A DNA stretch of 58,701 nucleotides, counting the filler, from Catajapyx aquilonaris (lineage: Eukaryota), in assembly GCA_000934665.2 (NCBI GenBank). It is 4 parts of 4 records of this genome, joined end to end, with 100 filler letters (N's around TTAATTAATTAA, not from the genome) between each part and the next. Parts side by side here need not be neighbours in the genome. Positions count along the whole stretch, not along the records: positions 29,400 to 43,961 come from KZ539728.1; positions 44,062 to 58,701 come from KZ539729.1; 2 more parts are not named here. The stretch is one strand, 5' to 3'. Numbering within the stretch: the first letter of the stretch is position 1; each line of letters begins with the position of its first letter. Made by a program: the position numbers and the translations under genes. Below, piece by piece: positions 33,652 to 45,988 of this stretch. The notes below the pieces were generated by a model that did no database searches, was not told the DNA's origin, and was given only the letters and a program-made list of their open reading frames with translations.

Positions 33652-36146
33652 ATTACTGTTTATAGTTTTAAAATTTGTATTTATGTTTTTCGTGATGCAC
33701 TGGGTGGTACATGTACACTACTAAAGTGAACAGTTCAAGAGAGGAAGAAGTTAGGTTGAATTGTTGACACTTTACCAACATGTTGAAAGCGAACCAACCA
33801 GTTGGAAGAAAAAATAATGGCTACATTAATTTTTCATGATGGTTTCTTCTCTTGAACCATTGTACTCTGTAGTACACTGTACTCACTGATGACTATCAAG
33901 AATAATAAGCTAATAGTGCAATTTTTTATCTTAATTGTTTCTTCTCTTCCATCTCACATTACTTTCTGTTATATTAGTTTATGATCTATATATCTGTGCT
34001 CGGTATTTGACTTCTTAATCAGTCAAGAAGCTCTCCTCTGGTCCCCCTATTTGCACGACGAGCTAACGTGTAGGTGTATATGGGGAGGTTAGGGGAAGGG
34101 TATGAGTGGATGGATGGATGCCTGCCTGCCTGCCTGCCTCTCTTTCAAAGCTGCCACCAATGGATGCGGAAAAAGCTCTGCAAATAGCAGGCTTCATATC
34201 ACCCATTTTATCGCCATCACGGTACACACGTTAAAATTCAATAGTATGTCTTTTGTATCAATGTCAATTTATGTATATTAATGAAGCGGCCGTTATCGGG
34301 GCCTTCGGTTCCTATTTACCCCCAGAACCGGAGGGATACATTAATGAGGCTGCCTCATCACCCGGGGGCTCTGAAGATGACGATCATCATGCTCGTCAAT
34401 GACTTCAACCTGGATGTAGGGCACTTGATACCATGGATTTTTATATCCGCTTTTTCAAACACTGTCACCGCTGCAAAAATGTGTCACAAAAATTGCCCAC
34501 CACTAGACATTTGCTCATTGTACTTCGACACTAAGACAATCAGATATCCTGAACACTGCCAGAATTTTGGGTGCCTCTAACCACTGATCTTAATGCTAAT
34601 GAATGATGGCGATGATGAAGGGCCAGCCAGCCAGCCAGATGGATGGATAGACAGATAGATCTCCCCAAATTGAAGCAAGTGGGCACCAACTCTCTCCGCA
34701 AAGTTGGGCTTGGATAGCAAATATTAAACAGCCTAATTTACACAGGGTTCTCTGGTTGGCGGAAACCCAAACTCTCCGCCTCCATATTTACCTTCCTAAT
34801 TAATTACAGGGGGTGTAATAAACGTAACGATTTGTTGACTAAAGTAGGATTAATAAGCTTAGGATAAAGCGGGTCCACATCTGTATTCGGGGGAGATGGA
34901 CTATATCCTCTCTCATCATAGGGGTGCGTGGGGGGGGGGGGGNNNNNNNNNNNNNNGGGGGGGGGGCGCTCTGGAGGAGAGCCTCCCCGGTTCCCCCACC
35001 TCCCCCCCATGGCCAACTCCCTCCCGCTCCATCCCCCTCCGCCTCCATCCCTGGCCCTCCCTGACTGCATAATAAAGGCTTATTAGGTTATAACCATGGC
35101 CTAGCACATAGTAATTCCGCGATGAAAGGTTCCGATGTGCATTTGTGGCTGGGCCAGCTTTGCTTTCACATGTTGGCCTCGGTGGCCCCAGGCTGCTGAC
35201 GTCATCATGTTGGTTTAGTCAGAACTGCCTCCGGATCTGGCCAACACACACACGCACACACACATAACCTCCCCCCCCTCCCCCTCATACTTCCTCTCTC
35301 ATCCACCGTCTGACTTCTTACCTCCATGCAAATGCGTTGTTTAACTATCTCCGATCATCTGCATATTAATGGCAGGGAGCTTGCAAGGGCCAACAGTGTC
35401 CTGGACGGGTGATCCCAAAATTTGCAAATTCGATTTTGGACATTTTTGATTAATAATTTTAAAACCTGGTACGTTACTTGATGATGTGATTAATTTTGTG
35501 CCTTAAAAATGGGTTGTAAATATGGGCTGGGTTGCAGCTGCTGGCACCGTACTGCGTTTTTAATGACTAGTTAAAACTGTTACATAATACCATATGGATT
35601 CGAATAAATAAACCGATAGGGAATTCAGACTGGCCAAATGTCTGTTAGTAATTAGGGAAGATCTGAGGAATCCATGCCAAATTATTGATGGCTTTATATC
35701 TTTTTAATTGGGAACGATGTCACGCGGGTAGGGGGGAATACAGGCAGTAAACATTGCCCTCCTCGAAATGAACCGCTGTTAATGACCTTCTCCCAGCGCT
35801 AATGCCCAATTATATTTGCAATTCAGAAACATTGCCCACCTTCATTCAAACCATAACGCAGGCTACGTTACTTTCCTAACGGGGTGTTTAGTGCAATAAA
35901 TTGGATCAAGCACCGAATGTGTCCAAACTGTTTATGATTTGATGGAAACCTTGCATGCAGTATTAACCAGCATGTTAGCAACTCAAATTCTGAAAAAGAC
36001 ATGCAATTGAAAAAAAAAAACTGCGCACATGCCAGAGTAATATAGGTCCACGCGATTTACAAAAGAAAAGAAGTGCTATAGCGACATTGAAAAATGGGAT
36101 AAGCTTAATTGGTCACCCCAGGTGGTAGAAGTCATTTACGAGTTAT

Positions 36147-36412
36147 TTACACGCCACTTAAGAAACCAAACTTGTTGCAGAACTGCCCCACTATTCCACT
36201 GCCAGTAGTGTTAATCCATATTGTTGATCATAATTTTTGTGTTTTTATGACAACTAGGATTAATTTTTTAGCTTTCAAAAAATTTATCCGACAGTATGTT
36301 ACTAACACAATTCATCCACGTTGATGTGAAATTATTGAAAATCTAGGTTGGCAAAGCTGTGCATGATAGTTGGCCGGTTTCGGAACAGGTTCGGTTTCCT
36401 CCGTGCTGTGTA
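36147..36412. repeat. Diverged inverted repeat, probable old MITE
   Basis: TACACGCCACTTAAGAAACCAAACTTGTTGCAGAACTGCCCCACTAT vs ATAGTTGGCCGGTTTCGGAACAGGTTCGGTTTCCTCCGTGCTGTGTA. Confidence 0.45.
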
Positions 36413-37259
36413 TCTTGACTCTTTTGATTTTTTAAAATTGCCTCCTTTAAAAACATAGAATGAATTGAACGCACACAAGCAATAACCAGAAGTCAATTTA
36501 TTTTTCATGTTGACTTTAAAAGTGTTCATTGCATGTGCATATTCAATTAAAGTAGAATTCGAAGGCATTCTTTTACACATTTAATGCGGACTTTCATTAT
36601 CAATTGTTAATTTTACTGAAGGATATCAGAACATGTATTGCCGGAGTGCGTGGAGAATATTTCTGTCGAGTTTGGGCATATCAGTAACTCATCATTTTAA
36701 AAATTTCATCAGTGCCATGCGCAGTGTCGCAGCATGCCTGCTACAAAAATGGACGTGGTTATACTTCTACATCTTATTTATTAGCAATAATGCTACGTGA
36801 AAATTTCTATTTACTTTGTTGTGTCACTTTACAGAGTAAAGTAACTTTTCAGACTTCTTTTTTAATGCTTGCTGTTTACAGTGTACGTATACAGTATGTA
36901 CTCACATTATTGTGTAATGTAGACAGGTCGCCTCAGTAATACAGTATATTGTTTCAATCACTTGATTTATTATTATTGTATCTCTTGAATCAATTATTTG
37001 TCTCATAGGCCTATACGTGTCAACAATATTCCCTGTCCATTTAAAAATAGAATTGATTGGCCGACGCGATTTTGATTCATTTTTATATACCAATAATTTC
37101 AATAACATTTGTGCCCACACTACACGACTCGAATTTAGATATATAGTGCTAGCAGGTGTGCTAATTTAATTATTAATTTTATTGATAGTTAGAAACTCGA
37201 TATTTTATGATGTGGACTCGTCCTGTTTCTATAATCTCTATCAGAAAGTAGTGTGATAC

Positions 37260-37998
37260 CAGGGTGTTTCACTATAGGTAGTCCCCCAAAGAATCTACTA
37301 AGTTATATTATTTTTTCTTCTTATACTCTACGTAGAAACATGAACCTTAGTTCATGGTGCGGATGGAGTCAGCATTCACAATACATGCTGGAATTGACCT
37401 TTACCGACCTCCATACACACTCGAAGGCTACGAGATGTGAATCTCCTTATTATCGCAGGTCTTCAGCAACGTATCTTCATCAATAATAATTGTCCGGATT
37501 GCTACACTGAGTGCTTTGGACCAGCAATACAGTGGCAGCTGATGACCTCCTTTAGAGGATTAAAAAAATCGAAGAAGTGAAGCACAGGCTGCTGACATCA
37601 CCGAAAAAGTCATTAATCGCATCGTTTTGTCGCAAGAAACAGGGTGTTCTGTTTTTACCTGCCAAAGAGCCGCGAATGGGGATATCTGAAGATTTGTGAT
37701 TACAACAATAAGCCTCGAGGTTTAAAAACTTGGAAATCAACATCAATGCAGCAGTCCAGACTGTTGATGAGGATATGTTGCGGAAGACCTGCGATAATAA
37801 GGAGATTCGCGTCGCGTCGCATTCTAGAGTGTATGGAGGTCGTTTAAGGTCAATTACAGCATTTATTACGAATGGCGCTACATTCCCATGAACTAAGGTA
37901 AATAAACCAAACACCATGTTTCTAGGTAGAGCAAGGTAAAGTGACAAGAAAAATATATCCGATTCTTTGGGTGGGGACTACCTAGTGATGAAACACCT
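37260..37998 (+). mobile_element. Deleted Tc1/mariner element with transposase C-terminal relic
   Basis: CAGGGTGTTTCACTATAGGTAGTCCCCCAAAGAATC / GATTCTTTGGGTGGGGACTACCTAGTGATGAAACACC. Relic WGYLK...YNNKPR, then INAAVQTVDEDMLRKTCDN after a frameshift. Confidence 0.75.
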
Positions 37999-38799
37999 TT
38001 TACAATTTGGACAAGGGTAAGAAGCTTTTAAATAAAATAGCATTGTCCCAGTTCGATTATGTCTTCATGATCGTGTCTTCATAATAAAATTATGTCGCAC
38101 GCATAACAGACTAGTCTAATGGTTTTATGGACAAGACATCTGTCTAATTCAGCTGGTGATTTTTGAATGCATAATAATTTTGTTGGTGAACGATATTACA
38201 CAAACATAAATGATATTTTTAAAAACCTGTACAAAGTCACTTCTTGTGGTTGGTGATCAAAATGTTTCCCTTGCTGATGAATTTTTCACAACATGTCGGT
38301 TATGTCTCTAAAACTTATCGGAAATACTTTAAATTCTGATATGCACTTACACCTTTACTTTAGCAATTATCTAAACACATAGTCGTCACAATAAATAATT
38401 TATTACGGTATGCGCATCAGTACATACAGTATATATCTGCTCACAGACCCATACAACACCGATGATTTGACAGCATTTGTGCGGGAATGCAACCAATCAT
38501 TTTGGCAGAATGAAATAAACGCGCCCATCGTGGTGAGCAATCACCTCGTGTGTACCAATGTTTAAAATTCCATCACCTGTGTCAACTGTTTACAATTATT
38601 GCCCCCATAAATTTGATTCCCCAATGTTGATACGCAAGCATTTAACGATGGGAAATAGAGCCGTACGCTGTTAGTGCAGCCTCGTTCAAACAACCGCATA
38701 GCCTGTCCTTTTTTCCGTGTCTTTCTTCCCAAAATAAAACGCCTAATTCCTCTTAACTACCATTTTTATTATTTGACAATACATGCTAATATTTGCTAT

Positions 38800-39640
38800 T
38801 ACCCTGCTGCCGGGAAAGTGATGCCTGGAAGCTGTGGGATATGTCCTTTCCTTCCGAACGATGAGAAATCCAGGTAGGGAAGTAGATAGCGTGGCCAACG
38901 CAATGGGCTGCCCAGAAATCCACCAGAATCGCGATTGGTTCTGAAAATCACAGTGTATTGACTCTCAAAAGTATCCTGGCCATATGCAACCAGCAGCTTT
39001 CGCCCAAGGTAAACTTTATGAGCTGGGAATATATTGCTGATGGTTGCATAACGCCAGGATGAGTTTAGCCATTTTTTTATACAGATATTACAGTGTAAGT
39101 ATTACTAGTGTATTGCTAGTGCATGCAGTGATGACTCACTTTGGAAACATGAAGGAAGGCAGCAGCGACAGTGGGAATTTTAATCCTGACGGAGGCCTAT
39201 TAGGTGGCAGGATACCCTTACACTTTGACGGTCCCATAGTCACTGTTAGGCCTAATATTACCACGAAGAAGCCTGCAAACTGGCAGGACATTAGACCAGA
39301 AAAGTAGAATGGTTAAGAAAATGTGTACGGTACCTTAGGCAGCGACTTGCTCAACCTGACCTGGAGGGACTTCATCCTTAGTGGACTTCCAGATATGACT
39401 CGTGCTGTTGTGTACCGACCATCTGACTTTTATACGCATCTTCTTATCAGGACTGGCCACTACATGCACGGCAAGGTCTGTGATAATCCCTTCAATTGAA
39501 ATCATGACATTGATAATTAGTTGTACGACTTTCACTACATCTGCATGATACACGGCCGATATCCATGCTTTGCGCCTATGTATGAAAGGAGGTCGGTGAA
39601 AGCTTGCGACACACCTTCACTTTTCTCCAATTTGATATTT
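38800..39640 (-). pseudogene. Possible heavily decayed ionotropic receptor/iGluR pseudogene
   Basis: Motif-like pieces in the expected order but in different frames: TDLLSYIGAKHGY, ITDLAV, TFS*PF..FFVVILGLTVTMGP, LGESCW/AYG/ILLR, ILVDFW, IALATLSTSLPGFLIV. By-eye resemblance only. Confidence 0.35.
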
Positions 39641-40307
39641 CATTCATTAATTCCCGCTAAATTAAGGGAATTTTAAAAAACGGTACTTGTGGGACAAATT
39701 GATGGGGTTGGTGGTGTATAGGCGCCCTAAGTGTACTAAACTATTGGCTTTGCGGGTCCAAACGAGTCTAATGGGCATTATAGCTTACAGAGATCCACTA
39801 AACGACTCCCTCAATCCCTGCCAGTCCCCTGGGTTATTGGGGTGTGGGTAGCTGGGGGACCAGATTCACAAGGGAAGAGAATCAGGGGACTTCTGGAGGG
39901 GGACAACCCGAGCAATCCCCTACCTCAATCTGTAAGAGCCTTTTGTTTACTAAATGTAAGTCGTAAATGTTAGTGGTCTCATACTAAGGTCTTGATGTAT
40001 GATGGGTATGTACGCGTACATTGGTTACACTTCGTAGACAGATTTCTATGTACTTTTCGTTAGTCAGAGTAGATGGCTGGACTCACATGACAGATTCTCA
40101 TGAACTGAAAAGCTTTAAAGCATTTTGCATTGGAAATTACAGTAATGCTTTATTCAGTTAATTCAGCACAATTTATCTCAATTGGGCTGTGTCTCTATGA
40201 CGATGTGTGATGTGGGTCATGAACATTGCTCTTTTTTCCAGAAATAAATTGGGCTGTTCTTATTTACGAAACGGGTCTAAATGATGGCTCTCGCAAAATA
40301 ACACTAT

Positions 40308-40379
40308 TATATTAGTCAAGCGTAAAAGTTTACACGTACGGTATACCGTACGTGTAAACTTTTACGCTTGACTAATATA
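40308..40379. repeat. Perfect 72-bp spacerless palindrome
   Basis: TATATTAGTCAAGCGTAAAAGTTTACACGTACGGTA|TACCGTACGTGTAAACTTTTACGCTTGACTAATATA. Confidence 0.95.
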
Positions 40380-41040
40380 GTGTATAGGGGCTATATATGT
40401 ATTGTATCGCTAATTCCCTACACACTAGTGGAAAAACTGCACTGTAGTCTACCCGGCAAGCAGTGCGACTAATAGCTTATTTGTGTCTGGATTTTCTCGA
40501 GGTCCTCCCATTTGTTCCCAGAAGTAAGTAATTATTAATGAGTGATTAAGACCATAATTAACACTGCCATTGATATATTAATGATAGCCCTAAGTTTTAA
40601 ATTGGTTATTAATAAATTGGCTATTAAGCATATTATATACCATATATATTGTAGACCTGCAGCCAAAATAACACTGCTACTTTTACATGTAACGTTTGAA
40701 AAAGCTGCCTAATAACCCCTTATTAAGGAAAACTCCGGTGAGCTCCACACCCAGAATTCATGTGAAAATACTCATTGGAGCGTCTATTATGACACACCCC
40801 GTAAGCAAGACCTTATCTGTCAATTGCCGTAATAGAATTGACCACGATACGGAAAGTAAAACTGCACCGTGACCTAGCTAACCCACGTAATGAGATACCA
40901 GAGCAAAATGAAGCAATTATTTCTTTGCGCATCTAATTGATCTCATTTACGGTTGGCACATACGGTACTTGTAACCAGTTCTTCAAGTTGAAGTATTCGC
41001 CACTGACGGCGCCACTTCCCGGTACATGTGGTAGCAGTAG

Positions 41041-41205
41041 ATGGCAGCACAGGTGGCGGCCATGTTGCTACCAAAGATGGAGTCCAAGGCACGTGGTGAA
41101 TGGAAGCCTGTGCCGCTGGATGGATCTTCCTTTGCGTCACAGGACGATTTTCAGGGGCTTGTGGGACTTGAGGTGTTGCATGATTATGCGGTGAATACGA
41201 CGCAG
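41041..41205 (+). CDS. DDX24: DEAD-box RNA helicase DDX24/Mak5, coding exon 1 (start may be 41041, 41062 or 41077)
   Basis: GEWKPVPLDGSSFASQDDFQGLVGLEVLHDY resembles the DDX24 N-terminal WK.V..D...L...E.L.DY motif. Donor CAG|gtgggt; 66-nt intron with branch-like gactaat and acceptor cttag. Confidence 0.8.
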
Positions 41206-41271
41206 GTGGGTGCATCAAGCAGTAGGTGTTTGCATTGTTGAGTGGATGACTAATGTGTGGATTATGCTTAG

Positions 41272-41847
41272 GTTAAAGGGAAGAAAAATGGAAAGCAACA
41301 TACCGCTGCAGCTGCAGACACTAGGCCGAGCAAGCGTCAGGGTACGCTGCCTGATAGGCCCCAGAAGAAGGCACGGCTGGATGAGTGGGAGGAGACAACG
41401 CTGGAAGCAGAACTGGTTTCTAGCACACCATACCTTGAAGCCTGGAATGGACTTTTTGTGCCACAGCCAATTTTGAGGGCATTGTCTGAAATGGGGTTTA
41501 CAGCTCCGACACCGATTCAGGCTCTGAGCTTGCCTGCGGCGACGCAGGCAAGGCGAGACATACTGGGAGCAGCGCAGACTGGCAGTGGGAAGACTCTGGC
41601 ATTTGGTATTCCACTTGTTCATGGAATTCTGTGGGATAGGAGACGAGAAGAATCATCACGGAGCAGCAATGGGAATCACAATCCAGATGAAAAGCTGCAG
41701 ACAAGTTCAGGATTCATCCAAGTGATGGCTGAATCAGAGCAGCTCTCAAGTCAGCAGTTGAGAGCACTGGTCCTCACACCCACTCGGGAATTGGCCATTC
41801 AAGTGAAGAACCATTTGGAAGCTATCGCAAAATACACCGACATTAAG
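41272..41847 (+). CDS. DDX24: DEAD-box RNA helicase DDX24/Mak5, coding exon 2 (rest of gene not in window)
   Basis: [27 protein letters not shown] (Q motif), [20 protein letters not shown] (motif I), [20 protein letters not shown] (motif Ia). Donor AAG|gtaata. In frame with exon 1. Confidence 0.9.
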
Positions 41848-42103
41848 GTAATACAGCATTAGTCATACGAAGACTTCAGAAGTTTTTACATCATTGACAA
41901 TACAATTTGTTTCCGAAAGACAGAAGTTGTGTAAAGTAACTTGTTTGGTGGGGATTTAATTTTTTGATAATTATTCAGTAAGCATCTGCAAGTTTCACAA
42001 GGCAGACAGGTCCGGTAGACACCTACCTGGTAACTTAAGGCTGCCAAAGGGAGGTCATAGTGGGGTCGTAAGGGATTTCAATGTGAGTAGGCCTTGTTAT
42101 GAA

Positions 42104-43111
42104 CCCTTATTGAGCAAAAGTGAACAGTGCAATATTTTGAAGTTTGCAAGATAAATGCAGTTGAAAAATCCTGAGCGACCCACAAGTAACCAGTTTTGCG
42201 GAGTTTGACAGCCAAGGTCGCGGGGCTCGTAGGCAGCATGTCGGACTCATAACCATGACATTTGTGGTTGAGTCTTGTTGTGGAACTTTTTTATTCCCCC
42301 ACGTTTCAAAGAAGAATGTGGTCCTTAGGTAAATGATTTGTAAATCACTTGGGATTACTCATTTTGCCCATTTATTTTCCTTTTTTTAGCCTGCCTTGAA
42401 AATTTGTTTCACCTTCGAAACAGCTGTTGCATGTTGGCTATAGAAGTTTTTGCAAAATTGTGATGTTATGCGTGGTTCGCTTCAAAACTGATAGATGATA
42501 CGGTGTTAACGATTTATGTTTTTCTCTTCATGATCTACAAAAACCCTGTCAGTGTAAAATAATTTCTTTTGTGCGCACTGTGCAATGTGTTGCATGACTT
42601 ACTGCTTCTTTTGTTTTTACAACAAATATCCTACTGCAGGTGCTACTCCGTCACTTCTAGTGGTGAAGAAAGCCTTTGTAGTTCAAAACTTGCTTTTTAT
42701 GTCAATTACATATTGAATATGTTAATTTGTCAACGGAATTCTTTAACATTGTATTTTTCTTTCTAATAGACAGCAAGTCTGAACATGAATTTTCAAGGCA
42801 AGGCTAAAAACGGAAAATGTGCATTTATAAGAGGAAAAAATTGGCAAAATGTATAAACCCATGTGATTTGAAAATAATTTACGCACGGACTACATTGTGC
42901 TTTGAAAAGTGGGAGAGAGAAAAGGTTCTCCACTAAGATGCCAACTGCCTATGTTGCTGTTATGTGTCTGACGTGCTGCCTCCGAGCCACACAGCCTTCA
43001 CTGATAAACTCTGCAAAACTTGTTTTTGCTAATGGGTTGGTCAGGATTGTTTCAACTGCATTTAGCTTGCAAACTTTTGAGTAGCTTGCTTTCTCCCTTT
43101 GCACCATAAGG
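42104..43111. mobile_element. Old TIR element with ~310-bp arms, in DDX24 intron 2
   Basis: AAGTTTGCAAGATAAATGCAGTTGAAAAATCCTGA / TCAGGATTGTTTCAACTGCATTTAGCTTGCAAACTT and GCCTTGAAAATT / AATTTTCAAGGC. Confidence 0.7.
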
Positions 43112-43470
43112 CAGTGGTTTCCAACCTTTTACCAATTGTGACCCTGTAAACATGTTTCCATAAATGTGTGGCACCAGGGCCGGCCCTAGGTGGGTGCGGG
43201 GCCTACGGCAAGAACTAAATGCGGGGCCTATTCTCCGTGAGTGAATTTCTGTACAACACGAATTGCGTATCCAACAATTTTGTTGGCTGACTTTCAATAA
43301 TAACGTACAACTGAGGGGTGTAGACAGTTGCGTTAAAAAGATTGACATTGCAAATTTTAAACATTAAATTTTTAAAATTATACCCCTTTATTTTTCGCTG
43401 GTTTTCACGTATGTTGTAGCCCTACATGTGGCCATATCAGTCCTGTTGGCTAGTATAATACTAAGGAAGA

Positions 43471-43798
43471 GGGGAGGCGGAGTGGTGCTGCGGTAACGCA
43501 CGCGCCCACGGATGTTAAGGTCCCGGGTTCGATCCCAGCCCGGGGACACCCCCTTCATCTCGTGCAGAGTTCATTGGGTCACCTCTGGCTTCGTCTCGGG
43601 TGGTATTTCCTACAGACTAAACCACCCAGGGGAGTTCACTAAAAATGGCCACATAAAGACATTGCACTGCACCTTGCACATCCCCTCCTGTCATCCTGCC
43701 TGTGGGCCCGGGCGTTACGTATAAAGGTTCCAATATATGTACGAGACATAAATAAAGGTCCGTGCTATATTCCTCAGATGAGGTCAAGCACTACCCGG

Positions 43799-43836
<38 letters not shown>
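43471..43836 (+). mobile_element. tRNA-derived SINE, head A, (ATT)n-type tail
   Basis: Head A, tail GCACTACCCGG(ATT)n. Perfect 15-bp TSD taatactaaggaaga at 43456-43470 and 43837-43851. Confidence 0.92.
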
Positions 43837-43840
<4 letters not shown>

Positions 43841-43961
43841 ACTAAGGAAGATTGGGCCTCTTACGCGAGACCCCCTCCATATATGTCGTCATTATGATGG
43901 GTACACCCAACATGCAAATCGCCCCACCTTGCTCAGTGCAAATGTTGATATTCAAGTTGGG

Positions 43962-44061
43962 NNNNNNNNNNNNNNNNNNNNNNNNNNNNNNNNNNNNNNN
44001 NNNNNTTAATTAATTAANNNNNNNNNNNNNNNNNNNNNNNNNNNNNNNNNNNNNNNNNNNN
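43962..44061. other. Artificial joining linker
   Basis: 44 N + TTAATTAATTAA + 44 N. Confidence 0.95.
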
Positions 44062-44353
44062 TACTTAGTGCTATTTTAAATTCTCTTTTCGGACTATGTC
44101 ACTGGTGCCAGATCCTCGGGACCGGAAACGACGTATAATCCGGCCCTTGCCAAATACGCTTCCTTCCCTTCCTCCCCGAGCCAGAACGAAGTCTGGAAGC
44201 AGTAGTGTAAACGGGTAAAAGGCATGCTTGATATTGCAACAGTGGGGAGACAGGAGGGGGGTTGTCAAACGAAACCAGCCTTTCCCTCCACTGCAACTTA
44301 CTCGAACAGGGCAACTTCCATCCACCGTGATCCGAATGAAACTCAATCTTTAA

Positions 44354-45988
44354 CCCTTTGCTGCCTACGGCCATCATATGATTTCCGAGCTTGCATTGCT
44401 GAAGGGCCTACGGCCATCATATGATGTCCGAAGATTTTCCCTGCCAACTTGGGTCATTTTTCAACGCAAAAAATTTCAACCTCACCGATTTTCTTGAAAT
44501 TCGGTGCATTGGTAGCCCACCCCAAGGGATGAAAAACGCACCTATAGTTACCTGATAAAAATAACCTCGTGACCCAATTTTGACGGGGGCAGAGGTCAAA
44601 TTTCGACCTCACCGGATTTTCTTGAAATTCGGTGCATTGGTAGCCCACCCCACGGGATGAAAAACGCACCTATAGTTACCTGATAAAAATGACCTCGTGA
44701 CCCAATTTTGACGGGGGCAGAGGTCAAATTTCGACCTCACCGGATTTTTTTCAAAATTCGGTGCATTGGTAGCCCACCCCAAGGGATGATAAACGCACCT
44801 ATAGTGACCTGATCAAAATGACCTCGTGACCCAATTTTGAGGGGGGCAGAGGTCCAATCATAAAATTCCGACCTCGCCGATTGTCTTCAAATTCGGTCCA
44901 TTTGTAGGCCACACCAAGGTATGACAAACGCACATATAGTTCCCTGCTCGAAATGACCCTGTGACCCATATTGGAGAGGGCCCGAGGTCAAATTTCGACC
45001 TCACCGATTTTCTTGAAATTCGGTGCATTGGTAGCCCACCCCAAGGGATGAAAAACGCACCTATAGTGACCTGATGAAAGTGACCCTGTGACCCAATTTT
45101 GAGTGGGGCAGAGGTCAAATCATAAAATTCCGACCTCGCCGATTATCTTCAAATTCGGTGCGTTAGTAGCCCACACCAAGAGATGACAAACCCACCTATA
45201 GTTCCCTGCTCGACATGACCCTGTGACCCATATTGGAGGGGACCTATGTCAATGCGCCGAATTTCAAGAAAATTTGTGACTGGCACTTGCAAAGTCTCCC
45301 TTGTGATTCACTAAGACGGGTAGTACGCGTGTACGCAAAAAATGTAAGTGTGTATAACCTTGGTATAACCCCCGAATTTCAAGAAAATCGGTGAGGTTGG
45401 AATTTGACCTCTGCCCTCATCAGAATTGGGTCACGAGGTCATTTTGATCAGGTAACTATAGGTGCATTTTTCATCCCTTGGAGTGGGCCACCAATGCACC
45501 GAATTTCAAGAAAATCGGTGGAGGTCGAAATTTGACCTCTGCCCCCCTCAAAATTGGGTCACGAGGTCATTTTAATCAGGTAACTATAGGTGCGTTTTTC
45601 ATCCCTTTGTGTGGGCTACCAATGCACCGAATTTGAAGAAAATCCGGTGAGGTCGAAATTTGACCTCTGCCCCCCTCAAAATTGGGTCACGAGGTCATTT
45701 TGATCAGGTAACTATAGGTGCGTTTTTCATCCCTTTGTGTGGGCTACCAATGCACCGAATTTGAAGAAAATCCGGTGAGGTCGAAATTTGACCTCTGCCC
45801 CCCTCAAAATTGGGTCACGAGGTCATTTTCATCAGGTAACTATAGGTGCGTTTTTCATCCCTTGGGGTGGGCTACCAATGCACCGAATTTCAAGAAAATC
45901 GGCGAGGTCATAAAATTTCCGGAAAGGGGGGGGAAAAAACTCAGGCCCTGGGGTAATGCAATCCTTCAAAAACTCCGTCATCAAAGGG
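44354..45988. mobile_element. Non-autonomous piggyBac-like element containing two inverted ~128-bp tandem arrays
   Basis: ttaa|CCCTTTGCTG...CATCAAAGGG|ttaa. Units start at 44481, 44608, 44736, 44873, 45000, 45134. A reverse-complement array spans ~45373-45910. Confidence 0.85.

Noticed and set aside
39130..39640. Plus-strand multi-exon gene model
   Set aside because: Needs 35-45-nt introns, gives inconsistent frames and no recognisable product. Not excluded without RNA-seq.
11332..41040. Receptor and tRNA genes nested in a giant ANT intron, or ANT and DDX24 as a divergent pair
   Set aside because: Artificial linkers at 14549 and 29300 break contiguity.
44481..45910. CRISPR array
   Set aside because: Units are contiguous ~128-bp tandem copies with no unique spacers, in a eukaryotic context with no cas genes.
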